Source: Eledone cirrhosa
Lineage: Eukaryota
Direction: 5' to 3'
Assembly: GCA_964016885.1 (NCBI GenBank)
Contig: CAXHJY010000353.1
Coordinates: forward strand, 62,001 to 126,000
Length of the DNA: 64,000 bases
The position numbers and the translations under genes are program-made. Positions 45,371 through 58,378 of the stretch are shown here, piece by piece; the stretch's first letter is position 1; the number at the start of each line of letters is the position of its first letter. The notes beneath the pieces were generated by a model. It was not told the DNA's origin, ran no database searches, and was given only the letters and a program-made list of their open reading frames with translations.

Positions 45371-45807
45371 ACATTGATACAGCAGAGGTATAAATATATA
45401 AACATATCAATATATAGGTATAAACATGTAAATAAACCAACAAGAGTGGTGTTGGAGTAAGATGGAGAAATCAGGACATTAATACCCTGTATGTATATAT
45501 ATATACATATCTCTATATATATATATATATACATATACATACATGTATATATATAAATATATATATACACACACGCACACACATATATGTATAGACAACT
45601 TTATAATGCTTATTAATCATTTACACATTCTCTGACTGTTGTGAAGCAATTTTTATGCTGGCTGTCAACTCGTTATTGAATGGATGTTTTCTTCACTTTC
45701 CTTCTTTGTGTTCAATCAAACAAACAGTAAATTTAAATGTATACACACATCATACACACACAGAGATGTATATGTACTTACACTATTTTACGCACACAAA
45801 TACACAC

Positions 45808-45840
<33 letters not shown>

Positions 45841-45850
45841 GAGACATATA

Positions 45851-45949
45851 CAGGCTGTTCCAAAAAATGTAGACACACTTTGATTACCTGTACTGGCAAT
45901 ATTTATTAGAATGGTGTGGAAGTATGTATATATGTTTTGGGAGACCCTG
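45851..45949. mobile_element. Tc1/mariner-type MITE
   Basis: TA|CAGGCTGTTCCAAAAAATGTAGACACACT ... AGTATGTATATATGTTTTGGGAGACCCTG|TA, imperfect TIRs. Confidence 0.6.
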
Positions 45950-45998
45950 TATGTATATATATATACATATATATATATATATACATATATTGGAGACC

Positions 45999-46085
<87 letters not shown>

Positions 46086-46143
46086 AATATATATATAAGC
46101 AAAATAAATGAAGGAGGTGCAATGCGTTTAAAACCAAATTTTA

Positions 46144-46237
46144 CTTCTCACATGTTTCAACTATACCACAGCGAGTAACAGTGTACGCACATGTAAACTT
46201 TGTTGTTAACGCTGTTGGTCTAGAATCCTCAGAGAAG
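46144..46237 (-). ncRNA. Type-I hammerhead motif with long stem II and non-permissive GUG site
   Basis: Minus strand: CTTCT-CTGAGGA-TTCTAGACCAACAGCG...CGCTGTGGTATAGTT-GAAA-CATG-TG-AGAAG. Confidence 0.6.
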
Positions 46238-46767
46238 ATATAATTGTTAATACTGATGCTAATCAAGTTTGGTCTAACTAGCCAATCTGGATAAAAGTTC
46301 ATTTAAAGCAGCGGTCAATCCTGGATAAAAGTTTAATTAAATATTAAGCCCTCTTTATTATTTAACACTGCTACCCTAAGCTATCTGTATTTAGCATACA
46401 GTATCACACTTCTTTTTATGTCCTCCTCTCTTATGATATATATCTGCTCTTTATATATATATAATGCAGATTCGTAGTTGTGACATATATTTAAATGGTG
46501 GGTGTAATTTAATACTTCATTGGTAATACTTTATTTCGGTAGCAAATCCAGGCAGAAGCAGTAACCTGAAATAAAGTGTCTTGCTCAAGGACATAAATCC
46601 TCGCCCGGTCCAAGAATCGAAACCATTACCTCACGATTGCGAATCGAATTCCCTAATCATTATTGTATCATAGAAATGACTTCTTGACGACTAGAACTGT
46701 TCTATTTGCGAGGAATCATCATTTCTGACGAATGAAACAATCCTAGTCCCGTAGAAGTCATTTCTAT

Positions 46768-47315
46768 AATAATTGTTTCTACTTTACTGGTACTTTATTT
46801 TTATCGACCCCGTAAGGATGAAAGGCAAAGTTAACCTCGGCGGGATTAGAACTCAGTCCGTAAAGGGATGTAACTATGCTGGAAAGAATGGCGTCTGACC
46901 CTTATAGGCACAAGGGCAGTCATTTTTTGGGGGGCAGGGGTTAAAGTCGATTAAATCGACCTCAGTGCATTACTGGTGCTTTTATTTTATCGACCCCCGG
47001 TAAGGATGAAAGGTAAAGTTAACCTCGGCGGAATTTCAATTCAGATCATAAAGGGCCGTAACTCTATGCTGCAAAGCATGGCACCCGACCCTCACCCGAT
47101 ACTGCCAATCCACCGCCTAATAATAATAATTGTTCCTACTTTTGTCACAAGGCCAGCAATTATACCAGTGTATTACTGGTACTTATTTTATCGAACCCGT
47201 AAGGAGGAAAGGCAAAGTTATCCTCGCTGCGATTTCAAATCGGACCGTAAAGAGCCGTAACTCACTGCTGCAAGGCATGGCGTCCAACTCTTTACCCTTA
47301 CTGCAAATCCACCTA
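46768..47315 (-). mobile_element. Three tandem or nested SINE family A copies, preceded by a CORE-type SINE head fragment at ~46560-46662
   Basis: Repeated family A core at ~46785, ~46970 and ~47172. Confidence 0.85.
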
Positions 47316-47398
47316 ATAATGATAATAATAATAATAATAAATATATATGTCTGTATGTGTGTATGTATGTCTGTCTGTCTGTGTATGTGCTTGTGTGT

Positions 47399-47431
<33 letters not shown>

Positions 47432-48269
47432 CGTGTGTGTACGTGGGTATGTGTGTGTGTATGCATATCACAATAGATAATATATTTTTCTACATATACA
47501 TGCAGCTGAGTACGAATTACATACAAATACATTATCATACAATTGATAATCGTACTGTGAGAAAATAAACACCACCATCAATAACAACTTACTCTACAGA
47601 GACACACTTCACACAGTAAACACAATCGTACACACTCTACAAATACCCACCTCAATACATTCATATATCTCACCTATATTAACACACACAGAACATACTA
47701 CATATAAACGTCATTCTCTCACGTACATTAATTACATCTATACATACATACCTCTCTTTGTCATACACATAAACCTATTACATCTATAAACATTGTTCCC
47801 TTACACACCACACATTCCATTCACAACGCACACATCACACTCACCACACACCTTACTCCACAAACACGACACACTCCACACACTCCACACATACCATACA
47901 CACCAGCCACACCACACCACAACCTATATACACACAATGGCCCCATTTACACATAAGCTACGTTCTAACCCCTCAATTATATTTTATATAACTTTTATGT
48001 TTCGGAAATAATTTAACATTTTTACATCAAATATTTCTTTACATTAAATGTTTTCATATAAACGTCTTTACATCTTCTAGCTATGTACCACGCTATGCCG
48101 GTTCTCGCAATACTCATCTCCCAAAATCTATCTTTTTCTCAGTTACTTCACTTTCATTTTAATATTGACGATCAAGTTACTTGCACTGAATGTTGTCACC
48201 CGTTACATAATTTGGATGTACATGCATGTATGTAGAATTTATCGTACTAATGATCTTAGTAGAAATAAT

Positions 48270-48500
48270 TGTTTCTACTTTTGGCACAAGGCCAGCAAAT
48301 ACCTAGCGCATTACTGGTACTTTATTTTATCGACCCCGTAAGGATGGAAGGCAAAGTTAACCTCGGCGGGATTTGAACTCAGATCGTAAAGGGACCTGAG
48401 TTTAAATCCCACCGAGGTTAACTTTGCCTTTCATCCTTACGGGGTCGATAAAATAAAGTACCAGTAATGCACTGGGTAATTTGCAGGCCTTAGATTCTGT
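48270..48500. mobile_element. Fold-back (palindromic) SINE family A insertion with 14-bp TSD
   Basis: Arms 48288-48382 / 48396-48491. TSD TTAGTAGAAATAAT at 48256-48269 and 48501-48514. Confidence 0.9.
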
Positions 48501-48815
48501 TTAGTAGAAATAATGTTGCGAAAGAATAGCAACATTTTTGCCAACGCGACAACCTGAAAGAACAAATCCCAAGAAGCTACAGAACAATACACAAATCCCC
48601 TCTAAAAAACTGTTAACAATTAACCATTCACCACCACCCAAGAGTGAGAAGAGATGCTGTAACCTTTTTCCTTAAATGTGCATATCTAATATTATTAATA
48701 CCTGCTAGCATAACGCCAGCACCAACAGTTTTACAAGAGATGTCAACATGAATGGATCTGTTATTTTTATCTAAAGACATTTTTTTCAATTCCATTCCGC
48801 TCGTCCCCTCAATCT

Positions 48816-48850
48816 ATTTTGATGACGGACTAGCGTCCGAAACGTTAAGT
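48816..48850 (+). ncRNA. Degenerate ultra-minimal hammerhead (paralog of 54138)
   Basis: TTGATGA-C-GGAC TAGC GTCC-GAAA-CGTT-AAG, inside repeat 48730-48890 that is homologous to 54032-54210. Confidence 0.5.
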
Positions 48851-48939
48851 CCTTCTTCCTGTTATATCAAGCGTTAACCTAATATATACGTTCCATATAC
48901 TGTACCGATTGTGTTGTTATTTCTGTCTACCTTTTACAA

Positions 48940-48970
<31 letters not shown>

Positions 48971-49115
48971 ATGAAGAATCGGGCCCTGACGGCTGAGCAC
49001 TTGCCGTTTCAACTTCTAGTTCCAGACTCTATATAATATAACCGTACTCTACTACCTCAAGTTTTAAGTACTCTGTTGAGTAATGGTATAGCCAGTTTGA
49101 ATGTGAATCCATCCT

Positions 49116-49148
<33 letters not shown>

Positions 49149-49179
49149 TATATATACATATATATATAATAATAATTAT

Positions 49180-49380
49180 TATTATTTCTTATATAGGCAC
49201 AAGGCCAGTAATTTGGGGGAGGAGGAAGTCGATTAAATCGACCCCAGTATGTCACTGGTACTTTATCTTATCTACCCCGTGAGGATGAAAGGCAAAATTA
49301 ACCTCCGCGGGATTTGAACTTAGACCATAAAGGGCCGTAACTCTTTGCTGAAAAGCATGGCGTCTGACCTTCCGCCGCCC
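49180..49380 (-). mobile_element. SINE family A (long subfamily)
   Basis: Homology to family A. Confidence 0.85.
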
Positions 49381-50649
49381 TTAATAATAATAATAATAAT
49401 ACAAGGACCTTCATTACGTTTATTGGTTGGTGACGCGCGTTTCGTCACTGATCAGCTCAAAGTTCGATCTGTATAGGTCTGGGCCGACTCTGGAACCAAA
49501 AACTCACTCGGATCTCTGTAGTAGTAATGACAGAATCTAAACATTGAGTGTTCATCTGGGTGGACGTACAGTAACCTCACGTTAAGCTCCCTGTATATAT
49601 ATATATAAATTTTCTAAGATGTGCATCTTAGAATCATATGAAACTATTCTCAAAATTGCACCTAATAAATCGACACTCAGATTTCATCTCATCTTGTATA
49701 CATTGGACATTTAGAACATTAAGACATTAAACCAATGGAATTTCAAAGCGACAATTTAAAGACTTCACACTAACTCTATCGTTTCATATATTAGCATATT
49801 CTTTCCAACCTGTTATCTTATACATAAAACTTACTTTACCAGGATAGAAATGTTTTTCAATACTAACAACAAAATCATACTTTCGCTCAACTCGGGTACA
49901 TTACTATTTAATTAACAAACTTTCCAACTTCATAATTAGCTAGTTTAGTTTATCATGTTAGTACATTCATTTAATATATTAACATTACGTTCAATTACTG
50001 TCTCACCATTAATTATATTTATGTAATTTTTGAACTTACAATTTACTTTTAAAAACACCAGTTTAATAATGTTCATTGAATTAATATTTTTTGGTTGTAA
50101 TTAACTGTACCACATGTTGTCCTTCCTCAGTCTATTATTTTCGAATAAATTACAAATCTAACGAACAACAACTCCACAGGATCCAAGTCTGTATTCAATT
50201 ATCTATTAACTTTATTTTGTTCAATTTATCTTAATACACCTCAATTTAACCTTTAGCAGCTTATATTTTCATTTATATTCCAATGTATTTATTTTCAAAC
50301 AATTTCTCTTAATTTTATATCGTATGGTTTCATAATAATATATTTGATTATATAATACATATTTTAATTACAAACAATGTTTTACATATATACATGATAT
50401 TGATTTCACGACACTATGCAACAACAAATAATGATATTTAAAATTATGTATGTGGTATACACATACTTGTATATCTAATTAAATAGAATTTTCTTTGAAG
50501 GAAAGTTAAGAGACACAATTCTCGCTACAATATTTATTTCTATTAATTATATTTATGTCATTTTTGAACTCACAATTTACTTTTAAAAACACCAGTTTAT
50601 TAACGTTCATTGAATTAATATTTTTGGTTGTAATTAACTGTACCACATG

Positions 50650-51114
50650 GCGGATCGGCAAAGGAGCCGCAGTTTTCCAGCGGCTGTGCTCAGCCTGGTC
50701 GTCTTCATGCATTAGCACCAAGATCAAGCTCCGCCTGTATAAGAGCATCGTGCTGCCAACAGTGCTTTATGAGAGCGAGACCTGGAAGAGTACGGCAAAA
50801 ATAGAGAGACGGCTGAACGCTTTCCACCAGCGGTGCCTGCGAAAGATCCTTCGTGTGTCCTGGCGCGACCGAGTGCGAAACAAGGAGATCCTGCGGAGAG
50901 CCGAATCGTGGACGCTACAGAGAGTGGTCACGGAGCGTCGGTGCCGTCTGGCTGGCCGCCATATTCTGCGTCTGCCAAATGAATGGCATTCGAAAACAGC
51001 GATGACAGCCAACATCACCTGACACGATCCCGAAAAAGTTGCCGCTGATCGTGACCGTTGGCGAGTACTTACTGCTCGATGCGCCGAACGGCGCGGAAGC
51101 TTCTAAGACTAAGA
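50650..51114 (+). mobile_element. RTE-clade LINE, 5'-truncated 3' fragment
   Basis: RIGKGAAVFQRL...KLRLYKSIVLPTVLYESETW...LNAFHQRCLRKILRVSWRDRVRN...HILR. GC-rich, with a CTAAGA-repeat tail. Confidence 0.9.
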
Positions 51115-51229
51115 TTTATTTCAAGGTTACATTTAATAATTCAATCGCACACCTGTACACCTGCACGCATACAATTTTTACATTCATGTGTACACACAAC
51201 ACCCACACTCTAACACAAACACACACACG

Positions 51230-51287
<58 letters not shown>

Positions 51288-52795
51288 CACACACACATAT
51301 AAAGTAGGTAAAAAGAGGATTAACAAAGATAGGTGATACAGCAGGGTTTATATCTAGCATTTACATATGTTTCATCAGCTTGTTGTCGTTTTGAAATCAC
51401 TATTCTCACTCATCAATCGTGATAAATCGAATTCAAATATTACACCGTTACTGACGATTTTTCAAAACAGAGTGGCGGATTTCCGTCAAACTGACCTTAC
51501 AAGTATACACACACACCTATATACAAACCCAAAGGAAGGTGAGGATGGTAAAGATTATAGAATATAAATAAACTCTGTTAATCATCGTTTTACCTATTGT
51601 AACTACTCCAAGGATTACGGAACTATCAAAATACAACCCTACAATCGACCTACTGAAGTAAATATCTTGTTGAGTTAACCCCCACTGAATGCTGAAAGAT
51701 ATAGTAGTAGTAATATGTAAACACAAATCCAAGATTCTTTTTCATCGGCATATGTTGAACAAGTTGGTCGTCAACGATCAACGAAACGTACGTACCTGGA
51801 ATGGCGTCCTTGTAGTACTGACCTAAATATTTATTTATATGTATATATTCACACACACAAAAATATATATATATATATAATTACGGTATGTGCGCATTTC
51901 TTCTAAGTTTAATTTTACTACTAATTGAGTGTGGTTGACGGTATATTTGATCGAATTCTGCATGCTGCCGAAATGTTTGATAACTAATGGAACGGGGCTG
52001 CCGCGAAGAGGCCACGATCATTTGTTTGGCAAAGATCTCCCCCTAAGAAAATTTATTCTTAAGACTTGCTAGATTTGGTTTTGTATATGGTTAATTATGC
52101 TAATTAGAAGAAGAAATAGTATATATTTTAATATCTAATTGATTCTATAGACATGATTTATGATATATATATATATGTATGTTGTACCACTCTTTCAATC
52201 TATACCTTTAAAACACCCAGATTACTTCTACTACCCTATACCTCAATCTCAAAAGATTGACAATGAATCTACCATTATTTCAGGTTATAGAATCAACAAA
52301 ATACAAGAGATTTGGCTGCTATTATGAACAAGTCGAGCATTATAGTAAACGCTATTTCGTTGGTTTTTGAGCATCATCATTACTGATAGTAGTAGCAACA
52401 GTGATATTAGAAGACTTGTGATATTTATTGATGTATTTATTGACTTACATATTCTCGTAAAATCCCAACTGCCCCCATCAAACAATGAGGCCAATAGAGT
52501 GCCAATTTTTTCTGTATTTTAGGAACACAGAGCAGTAAAATAGAGATCTGTAAAGCGTTATTTACACTTCTGGCAAATAGAAAATCTAAAAAAAATACGC
52601 GGATAAAACATAGCAGAATAATGGTTTTTGGCATTATTGCTAACGCAAACATGTTTGCCCTTTGCAAGGCCCGTAATTTATAGATTCTTGTGTAAATACA
52701 AAGCTTATCTATTAAGACTGTTATATGCACAAATATATATTCACCTATGCACATAGATAATTGTTTGTGTATATATGTGTGTGTGTATACGAGCG

Positions 52796-52910
<115 letters not shown>

Positions 52911-53351
52911 ATATATATGTGTGTGTATATGTGGGCGCATGTGTATCTATTTATATATGAAATGCGAGTTTATATCGTTCATGTGCAACTTACGCATAAA
53001 TATGGATATCGTGAATTCAGCGTGTATATGTAAACGTCTATGTGTGTGTATGTATGCAAGGAAGACTCTACCCCCATGACCCTCACAGGAATAAGTTGAG
53101 GAGGAAGAAGTGAGTATAATGTTTCTTTCTCTTGATGTTGAGGTTAATTTTAACCGGCCATCTTCCCGGCGACAACGCTGGAATATGAGGAAAAAAAAAA
53201 AGAGAGAAAAATTTCTGTCGTCCTTTCTGTCACTATTTATCCTTCAAATGTTTTAAGGTTGGAGACATCATGGACTCAGTCGTCAGCTTTGTGACGAATA
53301 TATTTTGAAATTTCATGTTTCACATTTCCCAAGCGAGTCAATGTAATCGTT

Positions 53352-53835
53352 TTTGTTTAGGCAAAAGGCCAGCAATTTCTGGGGAGGGGAAAGTCGATTA
53401 AATCGACCCCAGTGCGTGACTGGTACTTTATTTTATCGATCTCGTAAGGATGAAAGGCAACGCTAACATCGGTGGAATTTGAACTCAGAACGTAAAAAAG
53501 CCGTAACTCTATGCCACTAAGCTTGCTGTCCGACGCTCTATTCATGACGGTGAATCTCCTCAACTTGTGTTTTCTCCCATACCTTCTATAGACCCATTGA
53601 TGTATTGGTACACGTTTATAGAAACTCAGTTAACAATTCTCAAATCTAATGAATGTTTATTAATTACGACTGTTGGGGGCGGTGGATTGCTTTCCGGCAT
53701 AGTTACGTCTCTTTAGGATCTGAGTTCAAATCCCGCCGAGGTTGACTTGCCTTTCATCCTTACGGGGTCGATAAAATAAAGTATCAGTAATGCACTGGGT
53801 AATTGCTGGCCTTGTGCCTAAAGTAGAAACAATTA
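53352..53835. mobile_element. Two SINE family A copies: 53352-53545 (-) and 53678-53835 (+, 16-bp TSD)
   Basis: TSD ATTAATTACGACTGTT at 53659-53674 and 53832-53847. Confidence 0.9.
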
Positions 53836-54137
53836 ATTACGACTGTTATTAGTTCACCCAAGGAACATTACAGATTATACTGCTTAATGTGTAATGATAT
53901 AATGGTTGTATATAAATTGTTTACAATATCAATGAATCATTTTCTTCCCTTGACAAAAGGACTCCAACTTAATTAAAACATTGCTCCGACATTAGAAAAC
54001 GTATGTTCTCACATTTAAACGCACGTCTACATTTTACAAGAGATGTCAACACGAATGGAGTTGTTATTTTTTATCTAAAGACAATTTCCCCAATTCCACC
54101 CCGTTTGTCCCTTTAATCTATCTTATTTCTCATTCTT

Positions 54138-54173
54138 TCTTCTGATGAAGGACTAGCGTCCGAAACGTTAAGA
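54138..54173 (+). ncRNA. Ultra-minimal hammerhead of the PLE pseudo-LTR type
   Basis: TCTT-CTGATGA-A-GGAC TAGC GTCC-GAAA-CG-TT-AAGA. The palindrome AACGTT replaces stem III. Confidence 0.72.
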
Positions 54174-54285
54174 CCCTCTTCCTGTTATTTCAAGCGTTAG
54201 CCTAATATATAGTAAACGTGAGTCTACATGTGAGAACACATCTGCAAGGCTCCCGATTCCAGAGTCGGGAACGAACAATAATTAC

Positions 54286-54500
54286 TGGATTGGCAGTATC
54301 GGTAGAGAGTCGGACGCCATGCTTTGCAGCAAATAGTTACGGCCCTTTATGATCTGAGTTCAAATCCTGCCGAGGTTAACTTTGCTTTTCATCCTCACGG
54401 GGTCGATAAAATAAGGTATCAGTAACGCACTGGGGTCGATTTAATTGACTTTCCCCTCCCCCAAAATCACTGGCCTTGTGCCTATATGACAAACCCAATA
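54286..54500 (+). mobile_element. SINE family A (long subfamily)
   Basis: Homology to family A. Confidence 0.88.
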
Positions 54501-55084
54501 ATTACCTCTACGACTCCTCAACTAATATGTCGCGGAAAGAAAACGGTGGCTTCTAAGCCATTACTCAATATGCTAGAAATATCAGCTAAATCACATTCAA
54601 CTTATAACATTGCTCCAACATTAGAAACCATATTATAATTTTCGTAATATTTAGAATCGTATTTGTTGCAGTATGAAGTATGGGAACGTTTGTCTTTGTC
54701 ATATAAATTCTAAGTCAGTAGCATCTCATATTATTAACCAGAATACACCAGAGGAGCATGGGACGCATTTTATACACTTATGTATTGTGTAAATATATAA
54801 TATGATCAAACATATGTTCTTTATCTGTCAGTCTGTCTGTCTGTCTGTCTGTATGTGTGGATATAGTTATAACTATACGAATGTATTTATGTATGTATTG
54901 TGCATGTGTGCGTATGTATTGTGCATATGTGTGTGTATGTATGTGTATGTGTCTGTATGTGTCTGTATGTGTATGTGTCTGTATGTGTCTGTATGTATAC
55001 AGATCCATACACGCACAATAGACAAGCTGTATATAACTCCTAGATTATGAATTATTATTCTCACCTAGTCTGATAACACAAACA

Positions 55085-55091
55085 ATATATA

Positions 55092-55155
<64 letters not shown>

Positions 55156-55179
55156 TACATATATTCATACATACATATG

Positions 55180-55216
<37 letters not shown>

Positions 55217-55374
55217 ACACATATATATATATACATGTATACATATATACATACATACATACATATGTATATATATATACATATATACATATATACATAC
55301 ATATATATATACATTTATATATGAACATATATATATGCATAATTATATATGCATACATACATACATATATATAC

Positions 55375-55428
<54 letters not shown>

Positions 55429-55472
55429 ACATATATATATATACATATATATACATACATATATATATATAC

Positions 55473-55512
<40 letters not shown>

Positions 55513-55598
55513 ACATATATATACATACATATATATATATACATATATATACATACATATATATATATACATATATATATATACATATATATATATAC

Positions 55599-55643
<45 letters not shown>

Positions 55644-55696
55644 CATATATATATATATACATATATAGATATACATATATAGATATACATATATAG

Positions 55697-55743
<47 letters not shown>

Positions 55744-55761
55744 CATATACATATATACATA

Positions 55762-55795
<34 letters not shown>

Positions 55796-55810
55796 CATAC
55801 ATACATATAC

Positions 55811-55844
<34 letters not shown>

Positions 55845-55902
55845 ACATATATATACATACATATATATATATACATATATATACATACATATATATATAT
55901 AC

Positions 55903-55994
<92 letters not shown>

Positions 55995-56058
55995 ACATAT
56001 ATATACATACATATATATATATACATACATATATATATACATACATATATATATATAC

Positions 56059-56140
<82 letters not shown>

Positions 56141-56156
56141 ACATATATATATATAC

Positions 56157-56193
<37 letters not shown>

Positions 56194-57522
56194 CATACAT
56201 ATATATATATACATACATATATATATACATACATATATATATATATACATACATATATATATATATACATATATATATATACATATATATATACATACAT
56301 ATATATATATACATACATATATATATATATATACATATATATATACATACATATATATATACATACATATATATATATACATACATATATATATACATAC
56401 ATATATATATATACATACATATATATATATACATACATATATATATACATACATATATATATACATACATATATATACATACACATAAACATACACATAA
56501 ACATATATATACATACATATATATATACATACACATATATATATATACATACATATATATATACATACATATATATATACATACATATATATATACATAC
56601 ACATATATATACATACATACATATATATATACATACACATATACATACATACATATATATATACATACACATATATATATACATACACATATATATATAC
56701 ATACACATATATATATATACATACACATATATATATATACATACACATATATATACATAGACACATATATATATACATACATATATATATATATACATAC
56801 ACATATATATATACATACACATATATATACATATACATATATATATATACATACACATATATATATACATACACATATATATATACATACACATATATAT
56901 ATACATACACATATATATATACATACACATATATATATACATACACATATATATATACATATACATATATACATATACATACACATATATACATATACAT
57001 ACACATATATATATATACATACACATATATATATATACATACACATATATATATACATACACATATATATATATATATACATACACATATATATATATAC
57101 ATACACATATATATATACATACACATATATATATACATACACATATACATATATACATACACATATATACATACATACACATATATATATACATACATAC
57201 ACATATATATATATATACATACATAAACATATATATATATATATATACATACATACATATATACACACATATATATATACACACATATATATATACACAC
57301 ATATATATATACATACATATATATATACATACATACATATATACATACATACATATATACATACATATATATATACATACATATATACATACATATATAT
57401 ATACATACATACATATCTATATACATACATATATACATACATACATATCTATATACATACATATATATATATACATATATATATCTATCTATATACATAC
57501 ATATATATATATATATACATAC

Positions 57523-57589
<67 letters not shown>

Positions 57590-57600
57590 CATACATATAT
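55085..57600. repeat. 2.5-kb compound (TA)n/(TACA)n microsatellite array
   Basis: Direct inspection. The 700+ aa ORFs here are artefacts. Confidence 0.97.
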
Positions 57601-58145
57601 TTATTAAAATAACAGATTAAAGTTTAAGCAAATAATCGCTGCTTTCACCCTTAACGGTATCTTCTGAAACTAACAAAGTCAATCTGTAAACGCAGAACTG
57701 GATATTTCAAAAAGCCTTGCAACCGGAGGAAGACAGGAAGACGATACTTTGGTTCGTGGTAACGTTCGCTGGCAAAGAACGGGAAAAAACGAATAATACG
57801 TCATTAATAGGAGCGGTGAAAAACAATTACGCGCAAAGACAAAACCACGTTTATGGTATAAAAGAGGTCGTAGACTAATGTTCTCTTAGGTGGTGCATAG
57901 AGACGTTCTCTGGCAATGAACGAAAAAACGAAGATAATAAGTCATATGTGGAGCGTGGAGAACAATAGCACGCAAAGTCAAAACCACGTAAATGGTATAG
58001 CAGAAATCGTAGACTAAAATACTATCAATTTTATTATTATTACTATACATACATATATATATATACAAACATATATATATATACATACATATATATATAT
58101 ACATACATATATATATATACATACATATATATATATACATACATA

Positions 58146-58186
<41 letters not shown>

Positions 58187-58195
58187 ACATACATA

Positions 58196-58250
<55 letters not shown>

Positions 58251-58378
58251 ATACATATATATATACATACATATATATATATACATACATATATATATAC
58301 ATACATATATATATATACATACATATATATATACATACATATATATATATACATACATATATATATACATACATACAT

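Noticed and set aside
50027-50649. ~90-bp direct repeat next to the RTE fragment, considered as a TSD
   Set aside because: Both copies lie on the same side of the RTE fragment, so it is a local duplication. The same applies to the 79-bp tandem at 22472-22629.
55095-57540. 700+ aa Y/I/M/C/V-rich ORFs (also 3564-5153, 19516-20676, 36074-37296, 62411-63998)
   Set aside because: These are stop-free translations of TA/CA microsatellites.
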